From assembly GCF_006345805.1 (NCBI RefSeq), contig NC_043009.1, positions 24,676,001 to 24,740,000 of the forward strand: a stretch of 64,000 nt of DNA. The letters run 5' to 3'. Below the pieces are notes generated by a model. It was not told the DNA's origin and did not search any database. It saw only the letters and a list, made by a program, of their open reading frames with translations. Of this stretch, positions 12,384 through 26,609 are shown piece by piece. Origin of the DNA: Octopus sinensis. Lineage: Eukaryota. Both the position numbers and the translations under genes were made by a program. Numbering within the stretch: position 1 is the first letter of the stretch; the number at the start of each line of letters is the position of its first letter.

Positions 12384-12882
12384 TATTATTATTATTATTA
12401 TTATTATTATAATCCTTTCTACTATAAGCACAAGGCGAGAAATGTGGAGAGATAGGACTTAATATTCGACCCCGAAATTATAGGAGAAGGAAAACAAGAG
12501 GGATATAAAGGGAAACGGAATAGAGTGCCCAGTAGAATTGTTACAAAAGGTTTGCTTCCTTAGCACAGTCAGAATAATCAAGAAAATATTAGATATTTGA
12601 ATAGAACAGATAGTATGGTAGCGTAGGCTGCAGGCAGACAGCCCGCTATGCATGCAAAACTCCAGCAGTTATAATAAAAACTTGAGGTAAAAAGAAATAG
12701 CAATATCGAAAGTATTATAGTATGCTTTGAAAAGTTCAATAAAATGTACAAATCTAACACATAAAAATTGCCTTGCAATGTTTATAGAGTATTCCTCGAC
12801 ATATCATCGTTCACCTATCGTTGTTTATTATTTAGGCTTACGTCGATTCCTCCATGGTGTTGTTTTGAATTTATAATAAAAT

Positions 12883-13185
12883 AATTGCAGCGTGGAATTA
12901 AGTTTAATTTGTCAAAATATTTTCGTCGCTAAAATCCGCGACCTGTTCACTGACAAAAATCCGTGCCTCATCTCATTCAGCACGGACTTTTGTCAGTGAA
13001 CAGGTCGCGGTCTTAAAGCGACGAAAATATCTTGACAAATTAAACTTAAATGTTGAAGTGAATCGAACGGCTTTTGTGTGTTTCTTAAATGGCTTACAAA
13101 CACCTTCCACGCTGCAATTGTTTTCGTTCCAGCACACGATCTCAGATCAAATCACTTGCTATGCGAGTACATCTCCGTAATATAA
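12883..13185. mobile_element. Inverted-repeat element, probably two inverted copies of a Penelope-type terminal repeat
   Basis: Arms 12898-12966 and 12980-13049 with a 13-nt loop; outer pair AATTGCAGCGTGGAA (12883-97)/TTCCACGCTGCAATT (13105-19). Each arm has hammerhead-like topology with a degenerate core. Confidence 0.65.
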
Positions 13186-13213
13186 TAAAATAAATATATA
13201 GAAATTATAAAAA

Positions 13214-13586
13214 TAACAAGAGCTTACAGAGAGCGCAAACCTCCGCCAAGGCAACACCAACGTCCTCTCAACGATTAGACAGAGGTAATTTTTTAAATGA
13301 GAATATCTGAAATAAACTCAACTGCTCTCGCAAACGAGAATACTAAAAATGAGCAAGACTGAACTCACAAAATAAGTAAAAAAGCAGGAAAAGTAATTCA
13401 GAATCCTTGTCCGGTACCGAATCGATACCAAAATCTAATCAGTTCTTGCCAGTCACGAGGCCAAACATCCTTGAAAGTTTCATCCGAATCCATTTGGGGT
13501 TCTTGAGATATCTTGTCCACGGACAAACAAACGAACAAATACGATTGAAAGCAGTACCTCGGCCTCCGCTAAGGCAGAGGTAATAA
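13214..13586 (+). mobile_element. Non-autonomous Helentron/Helitron2-type (HINE/DINE-like) element
   Basis: Subterminal ACCTCCGCCAAGGC (13239-52) echoed by the 3' hairpin CCTCCGC-TAAG-GCAGAGG-TAA (13563-83); internal AGTTTCATCCGAATCC and GGACAAACAAAC motifs typical of this class. Confidence 0.65.
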
Positions 13587-13826
13587 TAAAAAATATACGG
13601 TACAGTATTTTTTCTACTTCGCGGATTTTTGCCTATGGCGGAGTGTCTTCGAACGTAACATCCGCGATATTCGAGGGATTATAGTATAAAACTATTTTGC
13701 TATTTGTTAAAAATTAATCACTGTATGTGCTTATAGAAGTCATTGTGATTAATAATACGATGATCACTATTTTATGAATAGATACGGCAACGTTTTGTCA
13801 TTTAAATTAATAAAATTGTTACATAT

Positions 13827-13894
<68 letters not shown>

Positions 13895-13907
13895 TGTGTG
13901 TGTGTGT

Positions 13908-14100
13908 GTGCCTGTGCTTTCCCCCAACATTGCTTGACAACAGATGCTGGCGTGTTTACGTCCCCGTAACTTAGCGGTTCTGCAGAAGAGACCGATAGAA
14001 TAACTACTGGGCTTACAAAGAATAAGTCCTGGGGTCGATTTGCTCGAGTAAAAACGGTGCTTCAGCATGACTACAGTCAAATGCCTAAAACGAATAAAAG
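13908..14100 (+). mobile_element. SINE family A, 3' module after (TA)n(TG)n
   Basis: GCTTGACAAC...TACGTCCCCGTAACTTAGCGGTTC...GACCGATAGAATAA...GTCCTGGGGTCGATTTGCTCG. Confidence 0.8.
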
Positions 14101-14853
14101 AATATATTATACCATATTGCAAGGTGTGATATAATCTCCCGGTAATTAGTATAATATCTCGCTGAGAATAAAAGGGAAGAACAGATCCTGCCAAGCCGGG
14201 ATTGGCGAATATGGTCAGGTAGTCAGTCATATAGTTCAGGTGTGACGTTAGCAGCATGCCGTGTCATCGTTCGTCAATTCCTCGAAAACGGTTGATTGGA
14301 ATGAATGTGGATATGATCTTTAACCTCTTCTTCCTCGCTTGTGAAAAATGTAAAGTTGTATTTCTTTCGTTATCCTTAAATGAATTCAGAAACAAAAGGA
14401 CAGAAAAAGTTGACTGAAGTCGTTGTGCGGTGTGGAATATCTGACGTTTCGGATAAAGTTCTTCTTCAGTGTATAGCTGACAGAAAAGAATTAGAAGAAA
14501 CACAACAGCCTAAAACCAGTCTTCCTAAATTCTATTTTATATCTTTAATACATTATTGTCATGTGTAACACGGTTACGGATTCACTCCATCTTACGTGTA
14601 ATTTTGTGGTTTATATTTGTTATGTCTTAACTCACGTTACAAAACATATTCCTGTATTCGCATTGTCATTTCAAAATTAAAATCGATACTCACGCTTATA
14701 CAGCAGAGATATATCTCTGCTGATTTTACAGAATGTTTTCCGATTCCTACTAAATTTCTGAAATATTTTTCGGCAACAATCCAACATTCCCGGAGAGTAA
14801 ATTATACAGAACCAAAAATATACTAAAATCTCTCTCCCCCTCTCTCTCTCTGT

Positions 14854-14892
<39 letters not shown>

Positions 14893-14898
14893 TATATT

Positions 14899-14934
<36 letters not shown>

Positions 14935-15059
14935 TAGATAGATAGATATAGGTATAGGTTAGAGGTATATACGTATATGAATATGTATTCATACATATGT
15001 ATAGATATATATATATATATAACAAGTGTATATATATATGTATATATATGTATATATTG

Positions 15060-15151
<92 letters not shown>

Positions 15152-15170
15152 TTATATATACACACACATA

Positions 15171-15213
<43 letters not shown>

Positions 15214-15225
15214 TAATATACTATA

Positions 15226-15291
<66 letters not shown>

Positions 15292-15887
15292 CTATATATA
15301 TTGTTCTGATTCTGCATCTATATATTTGAAATCTGGAATTTCCAAAGTAAAAAAGAAATACACCATAATCGTTTATGGTGTGATTGTGATTGAATTAAAT
15401 CTAATATTTCAAAAATAGACAAAAAATATTATAAGAACCAAACTTAAATGTAAATTTCTGTTATTTTAGTTTCATGACTAATAACTATATAAAGCAATGC
15501 TTGTAATACTAAATCATAACACATCGCATTATAACTGGAAGGATATTTGACTCTTTCCCATATTAGGAAACACGAATACAAAACGCTTTAATATACATCA
15601 TCTCTGAAAATAAAATATTTTGACGACTTAGGAAAAAACAAAAAAAAAGTGTCTTTATTAGAAAGAAAACCGTCAGTCGAATCGTAACAGAACGACATAT
15701 CTTCCTTTGAAATTACTAGACGTAAATTACTGGGTTTATTTTCATACGAAACTGTTTTTTTTTCCTTAGTTGTTCGAGTAGGCCCATACGTACATATATA
15801 CATACTCACACATACATGCATACATACATACATACATACATACATACATACATACATACATACACACATACATACATACATACATAC

Positions 15888-15995
15888 AAAAATAGCATGT
15901 TGGTGTTGAAATTCGAATGAAGGAGACTTGGATTTAGGTTAGAAACCGGTTCTTTCTCTATTCGCAAGAAATCTTGAAATAAACAGAATAACGAC
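15888..15995 (-). mobile_element. ~110-bp module 'Y' embedded in (CATA)n
   Basis: Reverse complement aligns with 46175-46285 and 46336-46410 (TTATTCAGTTTTATTTCAAGATTTCTT..AATAGAGAAAGAAC..GTTTCTAACC.AGATCCAA). Confidence 0.7.
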
Positions 15996-17794
15996 ATACA
16001 CATACAGATTACAAGTTCAAGTTTCTATCAGTAAATATTGAGACACTGGGATATATATATAGCACACTCCCTAAATACAAATCTTGTGAAATGAGGCTTT
16101 GCAAAACCAGAAAGGATATTCCTAATATTTACACGGTATCATTTATAGCGCTATATGATTCGAAATCCACCAATTAAAATTTAAAAAATGGGAATACAGA
16201 CAAGGAAAGCACACATACATAGCTGAATGGGTGGAGGTGTGTGTGTGTATGTTTGTGTATGTACACCTTTATATATATATTTATATATAGACCTATATAT
16301 GTATATGTATGTATGTATATGCAAGGTTATGATTCACCTCATTGCTGATGGACATGTGCTAGTCTTTAGGTGGGGGTGTATATAGAGTGAGTGAGAGACA
16401 AAGGGATGGAGACAAAAACACAGACAGACAGACAGAGAGAAACGCAACATATATTATGTAGTTCAGGATTTTTTTTTTAAATCGTAAAGTAAACTGTTAA
16501 CAAAGGACACATACGTGTATAGACTCACTCACGCTCAAAGACATGAGACATACACACACACACCTATATGTGTGTGTGTGTGTGTGTGTGTGTATACATG
16601 TGTTCATACCTTTGGATGTGTGAGCTTATGTGAGTGTTCTCGTGAATATGCGTGTATTCATGCAACTAATACAGGTGCGCAGAAGGAAAAATGCTTGCAG
16701 ATATGCATATATTTATTTGCACGTTTAAATGCATTCTCCTATTTTAAACCAATCACCTGTATTAATCCAGGCACCTGGAGCTACGTGGTTAAAATGCTTC
16801 GTATTGACCAGTGTCGGCTAACATGTGCGTGCATGCGTATATATGTGTCTGTATGTGTGCGTGCAAGTGCATATATGTATGTGTATGCGTGACTGAAAAA
16901 AACTGTGCCGCAGGGCGGTCATTTATCCAATGTCAAAGAAAAGCCATTAGGCTTGTCTTTGGTATTATTGTTCGGTTCGTTACCATATTCGAAGTTAGAA
17001 CAGTTCTTCTCTGACTCAGGTTTTCCAGTATGCCTCTGGCTATAGTTACCGATTGGCTGTTTCGTGCGTGATTGAATTATCATTGCTTGTGAACAACTGT
17101 TTAACGCGTCAGCTTTATGCAAATTCTCGTGTATAAGAACAAGAGATTGAGTGAAATATAAAAGACGCAAAACAAAGGAGACACACTCTGAAAGACTGAG
17201 TAATTAACGTAGAACGAGAGAATGAATTTAAGAATGATATTCCCCTCCCCTCTTGCTGGATGGTTGTCGCCGTTGATTTTATGTAATCACGATTTGGTCA
17301 ATGCAAAATGGAATAGTTTCGTATTTGCTATCTAGCTACTTGTGTTATTGACAGCTTTTTCTCAGAGACAAGCAATAAAGAAACCTTGAACAAAACTCTT
17401 GTTGGCGCATGATATTATACCATAGACCTAACAAATATATAGGTTTTCCTGAGTTTTATTTTTTATGTTAAAAACAATATGTTACTTTAATTGCATGTTC
17501 GAAACATGTTCCTTTTACATTTCTCTGGTAGATTTGCGCAGTTATGGCTTTGGTTTTGGGTTGATGAAATTCGTTTGATAAGACTCTTCGTTTGACTTGA
17601 TTCCCACTACATAGCAACGTGGGCAAGAAATTTCTGCTGCATTTCTGACCCAACGAATGTCTTGTAATTGAATTTTATGGAGAACAGCTGCGCGGAAAGT
17701 CGTCACATATACATACATTCATACATACATACATCTATCTATATAGATACAATATATATACATATATAATAAATAATAATGCATAATATATATC

Positions 17795-17827
<33 letters not shown>

Positions 17828-18012
17828 ATATATATATATGTGTGTGTGTGTATTATATTATATATTATATATATACGTATTTATACATATATAGTATCAA
17901 CATAGATAAATACATGAACACACACACGCGTTGTTTTTTTGTGCTTTCTTCGATTTTTGTGGGGGGGTGATTAATTTAACATATATGTGCGTTATATATA
18001 TATATATATTAT

Positions 18013-18046
<34 letters not shown>

Positions 18047-18579
18047 ATGTTTTTTCTCACACAGCTTGATAATTAGTGCACACTTGTCCACGTGACCGAA
18101 ACGTAGCGGTTCGGCACAGAAGAGTCGATAGAAAACCGCAACAAAAATCTTGAACTAAACATTGGGCTCAAATACGTTTTACATGCTGTAACTAGAAGAA
18201 GAAGCATTGCCAGTTGCCGACCAGCTTGCTCATATTTGCCCACTTCCTTTCAAGTGTTACAGTTCAAAGCAAGTGGTAAAAGGCGATTCCAGACAGCCGA
18301 AGTTGCAAGCATTCAAACCACATAACTTCTTTAAGGATACCTTCCTAATTCCAGTCAAGTCTTGGCAGTCTTGTAAACGGTCATTGGCTCTACCTTTCAG
18401 GCCTTCTCAGAAATGGTCAAAGCTACCCTTGATCCATAAATTTAACCTGTGGCTTGTCTTTCTTGATTGCCATCGTCTCCGTTGACGACATCAAACAGTG
18501 AAATTTATGTTATCTATGATGGATCTTCCTTTCTCTTCCATCAGTTTACTTGATTCAGTCTTTGATCTGCGACCATGCG

Positions 18580-19150
18580 AAGGCACTATCTTGAACGATT
18601 TTAGTCAAATGGTTCGATCCTACTACTTATTTTTTAAAGACCTAATACTTATTCTATGAGGGGTCGGTGTTCTGTCAATTTGCTATGTTAAATTACAGAG
18701 ACGTACACATACTAATAAAGGTTGTCAAGCGATGACGGAGGACACAAACACACTCACACACACATGCATACATATAGGCATACATACATCATACATACAA
18801 ACAAACATACATACATGCACACATACATATATATGCATATGTACACGTATGTCTACATCTATCTATTTATCTATCTATTTCTATATATGTATATATATGT
18901 GTGTGTGTGTGTGTGTGTATACAGATGTATATATACACGTGTGTGTGTATGTGAGGGCGTGTGCGTGTGTATGTAAGTACGTATGTATGCATGTATACAC
19001 AATGGACATCTTTTATTTTCTGTCCACCAAATCCAGATCCCAAGACTTCTGTCAGCCTTAAACTATAATAGACTTACCCATGGTGCCAGGAGGTTGGACT
19101 GAATCCAGATCGATATGGTTTCTAATCCGACTTCCTACCGCACAGCCAGG
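18580..19150 (-). mobile_element. Older full-length SINE family A with internal CA/TA/TG microsatellite
   Basis: Degenerate head at ~19000-19150 and 3' module at ~18580-18750, same order as 8462-8902. Confidence 0.65.
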
Positions 19151-19799
19151 CAATAAAACCCCACGAAATTGACTGAAATGTAATTGAGTATATCAACCCC
19201 GTTATTTGAGTCGAAATCTATATTACTAACAACGGTAGAATGAAATGCAAATTTGGTTGGCATCAGTGAGATTTGAATTCAGGAAGCAAATCGGTGTAAA
19301 TAAATAAAGTTTAGAATATTGACTGAAGGCTTTAACGATTACGTTAATCCACTATAATTAACATGTCGACTGAGAGCGGGAGTTGGGGGTGTTTAGATTA
19401 ACAAGAGAAACATTGTGATATTTGAAAGATACTGGCAAAACTCTGAATATCGATGAGTTATAATTACTAACAAGGAAACTACTAAAAACGACAAACCAAC
19501 ATATTCAGAATGTCTATATGTGAGTGTACCTATTTATGTGTCTATATAACATATAAATATATATATACATATATTCCTGTATATGTTTATGTGTCTAGAA
19601 ATATATGTATATATATGTATATGCATAATTCATATATATATATACGCACACACACACATATATACACACATTTATTCACATTATATTTTACTTAAATCTA
19701 CATATATATATATTCCTGTATATATCTATGTGTCTCGAAATGAATGTATATATGTATATATATACCCATTTATATATATATATATAATATCTATATATA

Positions 19800-19859
<60 letters not shown>

Positions 19860-20247
19860 ATATATATACATACATTCATTCATATATATATTTTACTTAA
19901 ATCTACATACGAACAAACATATATATGCTATATGATTGTGCAAATCTAAACTATATGTATACATACATATATACATGTATACATATGTGTGTGTGTGTGC
20001 GTGTATGTGTGTGGGTTATACGAATGTATAAATCTATCTTACATGTGTATATAATTGTCAATAATTCAATAGAATATAGAAGTTATTGATTTTTGTGTAT
20101 GTTACGACAAACAGAAAGCCGTCAAGCATACACTTACATACACACACACACATACATGCAAACACAAACACACTACAAACGCATACATACTAACGATCTG
20201 CTTCTTTTGATACCTACGTTCGGTCTTTTGATCTTTCACACAAGCCT

Positions 20248-20281
<34 letters not shown>

Positions 20282-20561
20282 GCATACTCACACACACATA
20301 CAGAAGTTAAGTATATATCTGAATCTAAGTTTTAAATTGCAACGATTTGTAAAACGCTTTCACATTTTGTTATAAAAAGCTTAGTATCTTTGAGGTCATT
20401 CATGACACTCTACTTTATCTCTTTTTTATTTCTTCTTAGCTTTCATTCGCTGAAATATAATTTTTGCTACTAACTGGTTGTCAACGTGGTTTTTCCAACG
20501 CTTACTTTGCTGACATGGTTCAAATTTACTTTCAGACATGACCTATATGCTCGATTCTAAA

Positions 20562-20607
<46 letters not shown>

Positions 20608-20812
20608 AACACACACACACAACACACACACACGCATATATATATATGTACATGTGTACGAATATGTGTATGTGGATGTATTCGTGTGTATGTGTGTGTG
20701 CGTGAAACTTTTGCAAGGAATTTTAGTTATACCATGATGCAGTATTTTTTACATTTTGCGAACTTATGTCCACTTATGTATGGGCGAATAAACAATTATC
20801 TGTAACTATTTA

Positions 20813-20871
<59 letters not shown>

Positions 20872-23028
20872 TTGTTATTTCGAATCCGCTTGGAAGTGTT
20901 TTGATCTGAAGCCGTGTGAGGAAGGCGATATTGTTATATTTAAGAAGACGTCTTATCTTCACATATCTTTCATTTCCCAAGCAATTCTCCGTTACGATAT
21001 AGTCACTAGAATTTATAGTTCGAACTACTTCCCTAACGGCAGATATTGTAAGGGAGATAATCATTTCTAGATTAATCACGGCAGAATTAGAGGTTTGAAT
21101 TTAACAGAGATGTGTTACGATAAAGATACACGTAATATATACATTTAATATCTTTTAGTTTTCTTTTCACACTCATAGAAACGATTATCTGTTATGTGCA
21201 CCACCATTTCATCCTTATTTGAAACAATTAGCATAGTTTCACCCGACGTAAATTCAACACTCATGAAATGCTTCTGTTTTTTTCCGTAGGCTCTTAATAG
21301 TTCAAAATTTGAATGAGAAAAGATAAAAGCTGACAGTTTTCTCAATGGATACTCATTCTACTTCTTAAACGCTTGATTTTCAGTATATAAATGATATTTT
21401 TAATCTGTTATAAAATTACCATGGTAACAAACGTGCAAACTGATAAAGTTTTTGTGATTTTTAAGACATCTTTTCAAGGGTTCAAAATATAAGAAGCCAG
21501 AGGCTTCTTATACCTACAGTTTTGCATGGGAGAGCTGAGGGAGAAAACTCTTCCTTAGATATGATGTCTAAGATGGAGTTATGCATTGCGGAGGATTTTT
21601 GAACCTTCGCATCACGAATAACAGCTGACTGTAACGAATTCAACAGCGGCAAGAGATCATGTGCCGCTTGCTCCATGCGACACTGCACGACCAATTGAAA
21701 CAGATGACGAAGAGAACCGATATCAGTCCCAGAAACAACGGGGAGAAAACGGAACGCCATGGTTTCACATCGTGTAGCTCAGCGTAGAACACTTTGAAAA
21801 GCATCCTCGAAGTGATGAAGAAGATGAACGGCAACGATGACTGACAACTCCAGCTACGCCTTGCAATGCACACGTAAATGGGATGGCACAAACGAAGAAT
21901 AAAACATTCGAAAATGAATAGTAGCCGATAATAACGAGTGTGGACGATATGATGAAGAGGATACTTCGCACTTGAAAAAACTTAAATGTATAACTCATGA
22001 AGTAGAAAACTGCAGAACTGCTCTCAACAGCAAGTTATAGAAGAAAAAACTAAGCAACTATACTTCAAACAGCATCTACCGTTTTAAAAGAAAGATATAC
22101 TAATGTATGAGCACTATTTCGAGGTCGATGAATGTCTAATATATCGTTATATTTCGGGATGGTCATTTTTTTTTCTTTTTTGTTTTTGCCAAATAAACAC
22201 ACACACACTATATACTCGTTCTACACTCGTTTATTACTGTTCTTATTTTACCTGATGTCCATTGACTGGAATTGTTTCGTCACACATTACAACTTCTTCA
22301 GCGACCCTTTCAATCCACGTATATCCTTCTGTTACAGTTAGTCCATTCTCCAGAAATATAACAACATCTGTTTCACTTCAGGAAACACACGGTTTCATGT
22401 CTGGAATCTTGCAACACAAATTCTAAAACGAATATCTAAACATTTTCTCTGAAATCGCAATGAATTTTGTGCACAAACACCGTTAAACTAGATTGATTCA
22501 ACCATCGCAGACAAATGTGTTAGCAGAGGTTTCAATGCGAAACGTATATCTGTATATCGAAAGCAAAACCGAATTGACAGGCCGTTTGGTATCCGACAGA
22601 ACACTCATATGTTACACAATGTCAAATAGATAAATTAATTGATGAAAATATAGTATATTCTTAGTGTAACATGACATTTCGTTTCGTATTCCTATTCAAA
22701 ACGAAACAACATATACACACACACGCGGGCGCGCACTCAGATGCACACAAATGTGTGTCTGTATGCGTATGTGTGTGTTCGCGTGCGTGCGTGTGTTGTT
22801 CAAGGGGGCAGCTTGCAGTTTGACGTAGATTTCGTTATTGTTGGTAAGAGTAGAGACCGTATCATTGGCTCTTAAAAGGAAGCTTTCTCATAGAGTTTTC
22901 TATCACATAATATATATACAAAGATGTAAATATTAACGCAAAGCATATAAGACATTATTGTAATTGCTACTCACATGCAACATGCAGCAGACTACTTGTC
23001 AATTCAATACTCACATAGGAGTAAAGTC

Positions 23029-23074
<46 letters not shown>

Positions 23075-23410
23075 AATATACATGCATACATGTATAGTAC
23101 ATATGTGAATATCTATATACTTCCGTCCACATATGCATGCATACGTGCATATAGGAAGAGATACATTTCAAAGACGCATTTCACATGTATACATACAAAA
23201 AAAAATATGATGAAAGAAATATCAAACAGTGGAACCATCTAGGGATGAATCTTCATCTTGAGACATCAAACGTATTTCAAGAAATATTCTTCGAACTGAT
23301 AACATTAGAAACTGCAGTGATTATTCATTCTCATATACTAGTTCATTATTGTAGTAGTTGTGTGTCTATTGATTTATTCTCTTATGTATGAATGTATGTA
23401 TGTGTATATA

Positions 23411-23457
<47 letters not shown>

Positions 23458-23644
23458 ATATATATTCGTACTGAGGTGCACAGATATACATAGATGCATA
23501 AATATGTTTAATCAATACAGCTAAATAATACTAAACGCATATAAGGTATATATATGTATATGTACATATATATGTATGTATATATATGTACACACACAGA
23601 TATACATTCTCAAACAACACGTTTACGCAAAGTCTCCACCAACT

Positions 23645-23742
23645 AAATTGCACTGTTATTCAAATATCTATACACATACATAGATGCATCCATATGTGTA
23701 TGTATATGTATGTGTATAGATATTTGAATAACAGTACAATTT
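23645..23742. repeat. 38-bp-arm inverted repeat with a 22-nt loop
   Basis: AAATTGCACTGTTATTCAAATATCTATACACATACATA versus the reverse complement of 23705-23742; one mismatch. Confidence 0.85.
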
Positions 23743-23829
23743 TTATATATGTAGGTACATAGCTATATATTTCTATTGATGATTGTAGCAATTTTCTACT
23801 CTTTTTCAGACTCGCTCTCACTATATATT

Positions 23830-23870
<41 letters not shown>

Positions 23871-23950
23871 ATGTGACCGCCATTCAAAACGTGACCGCGT
23901 GTGTATCGTTGGCGACTTTTCCTTCGTCTTCCCTTCCTTGAATCTTTTCC

Positions 23951-24090
23951 TATGTTGCTGACGAAGATCTCCGCTCGAAACGTTAAATTTTCCTTCTTTC
24001 TTTCGTTTCTCTAGCGTTGAATAACACTATACATGTTCCATGTTCTCGCGTTGTTGTGTTTTCTCTTTGTGTCTTCATGTTTGGATTAAC
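23951..24090 (+). mobile_element. Penelope-type terminal-repeat relic with a degenerate hammerhead
   Basis: CTGACGA-A-GATC-TCC-GCTC-GAAA-CGT-T (23958-84); stem I is broken. The T-rich downstream part resembles the reverse complement of 38015-38140. Confidence 0.5.
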
Positions 24091-24171
24091 TTTATACATA
24101 TATATAGATAGAGAGAGAGAGTGCAAAAAAATTATGAGCCTTAGACTGTATTTGTATTTAAATGAACCTAT

Positions 24172-24224
<53 letters not shown>

Positions 24225-24574
24225 TATATATATATATATATATACTTATATATATATATAAAGAGAGAGAAAGAGAGAGAGGGAGAGAGAGAAATAGATA
24301 GAAGGGTGGATAGATGGATAAATAGATACTTGCGTACGAATAAATGTATGTTCGTATGTACATACATACAAATATACCAGCATATATGTGGTTATAGAAG
24401 CATAGTGATATAAGCCGTGCCTAGTAATACACAACAACTGTTTCGTCCAATCTTGTTTCGTCCAACTGTTTCGTCTAATCCTCCACGTGAACTAAACATG
24501 AAACTCCTTTCTTCCCTAAGTGTGTTCTTTACTGGTATTTATGTCCATATCTGTATGTTTCTGTGTATGTATGT

Positions 24575-24635
<61 letters not shown>

Positions 24636-25179
24636 ACTCGCAAATTTACAATTCATTCGCTTATCCTGTTAGTCTTTGAATTATTTCTACATTGAAGAAT
24701 TTTAATCGAAATGAACAACACCAGTACTCATCTTTTTTCAATCTGACACTTGCTCTCTCGGACTCTATGCCGAACCGCTATGTCACGTAAACACACCAAC
24801 ATCAGTTGTTAAGGATTGGTGCGGGACATAAACACACACACATGCACACACAAACACACACACACATAAAGCACACTCACAGACGCATACATACATGAAC
24901 GCCATACATCTCTCTCTCTCTACACACACACAGACATACATTCTCAAACAACACGTTTACGCAAAGTTTCCACCAACTGAATTCGTTTTCTAGGCATGAT
25001 TAAGCAGGAACTATTGTAAACGACGACCAAATTTCCATACAGTGGAATTGAACCCGAACCTACTGGCTTGCGAAACAGCGTAGTTACCCACCACCAGTCA
25101 TTCTTCTACCTCTAGCTGCATCTTCGTTTCTTGTACTGTATTCCTCAGAATACATATTCCTGTTTATTTTCGCTCCACA

Positions 25180-25312
25180 TGGTTTCTTTATAAGTAAAAA
25201 CCAAAATTTGTGTCCCACTGCGTGTTACCTTGGGCGAGTGTCCTCTACTATAGCCTAGGGTCGATCATAGCCTTGTGGGTGGATTTGGTAGAGGGAATAC
25301 TGAAAGCCCGTC

Positions 25313-25317
<5 letters not shown>
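25180..25317 (+). mobile_element. SINE family A head/body fragment
   Basis: CCCACTGCGTGTTACCTTGGGCGAGTGTCCTCTACTATAGCC...GTGGATTTGGTAGA...AAGCCCGTCG, then (TA)n. Confidence 0.75.
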
Positions 25318-25352
<35 letters not shown>

Positions 25353-25679
25353 GAAATATTAAAAATACTAAGTCTCTCTAAAAGAGATTACTGCAGCGTT
25401 CCTGGAAATTAATAGTTATCGCCATACTAATATGGCATTCTTATAAAAATAAGAAAAAAGCTGTCCGCTTATTAGGTCCATGAGGCCATCGCCTTAAGTT
25501 AGCTATTCGATACACAAACTGTATCCATATAACCTTCGAACAAGGGAGGTCAGTCGCTCCACACTACTTGACCGACAGCTACAGACGCGTTTCAGGGCCC
25601 TTTGTCAATGTAGCGTAGTCAGACCCAGTAGGTGTCGCTTCTGACTATCTCTGTTCGAAGGTTTTATTTACATATACAT

Positions 25680-26504
25680 ACATATATATATATATAAACG
25701 ACAGTTTGTCTGTCTGTGTGACTGTGTGTCTGTCAGGTTGTACCCTCACCCTGACCACGGCTTTCAACCGATTCTGATGAAACTTGACACACACATAGCC
25801 CAATGTCATAATTCAAAACTAACGCAGTGAAAATTTTGAAAAGTTCCCCGGGTTCTGAAAAAAATCGATAAATTCGACATGGAGTCGAGAATCTAAACTT
25901 TTTATATGCAACACATTTTCTGTTGTAGTTTTCTCAACTTGCAATCGATTTTCACCAAACTCATGGTGAAGCTTAATGTTACCATAAGAAACTTAATTCT
26001 GACGTTAGTTTTCCATGCAATACCGTACCATCAGAAAAAATCTATAAAATCATGCCATTTTGGGAAATCGCGTTCAAATTCAAGATGACAATTTTTCGAC
26101 AATATCTTTCACAAATTGGCAGGAATTTTTTTTAAATTCACAGCGAGCATCATGTTTGCTCCAAGGAGCTATATGGCCCTTTGTATTCCAATAGGATACT
26201 TTATTACTGGAAAAAATCGGTTAATTATATCATATGTGGCACACATATTAAACACAAACCACAGACTATCTAGGGGACGCAACTCGACCTTTTTAACTCT
26301 CTTGGGAGGCGCAAGGATGTTTTCATGTTTTCGCCCAAAGGGACACCTAGGAACATCGTATACACAGAAGTATTCGAGTGAAGAGAAGACATTGCAACCT
26401 ACACATGCGCCTTCGTTCCCTAGAGGGAAAGGACTAGATTGGGATTAGTCGTTGCCTACTAGGTGCTCTTACATACCAGGGCAACACCGGGCTATGCTGC
26501 TAGT
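25680..26504 (+). mobile_element. Non-autonomous Helitron-like element
   Basis: 3' end has the imperfect hairpin CCAGGGCAACACCGGG (26476-91) and then CTAG-T (26500-04). The 5' part has (TA)n, GTCTGTCTG, and AACCGATTCTGATGAAACTTG, the last echoed as ATCGATTTTCACCAAACTC. The 5' boundary is approximate. Confidence 0.7.
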
Positions 26505-26609
26505 ATATATATATATATATCTGTATGTGTGTGTATTTGTGTGTGTGTGTATGTGTGTGTATGTGTGTGTGCGTGTGTATGTATATATATGTGCGTGTGC
26601 GTGTCTTTA

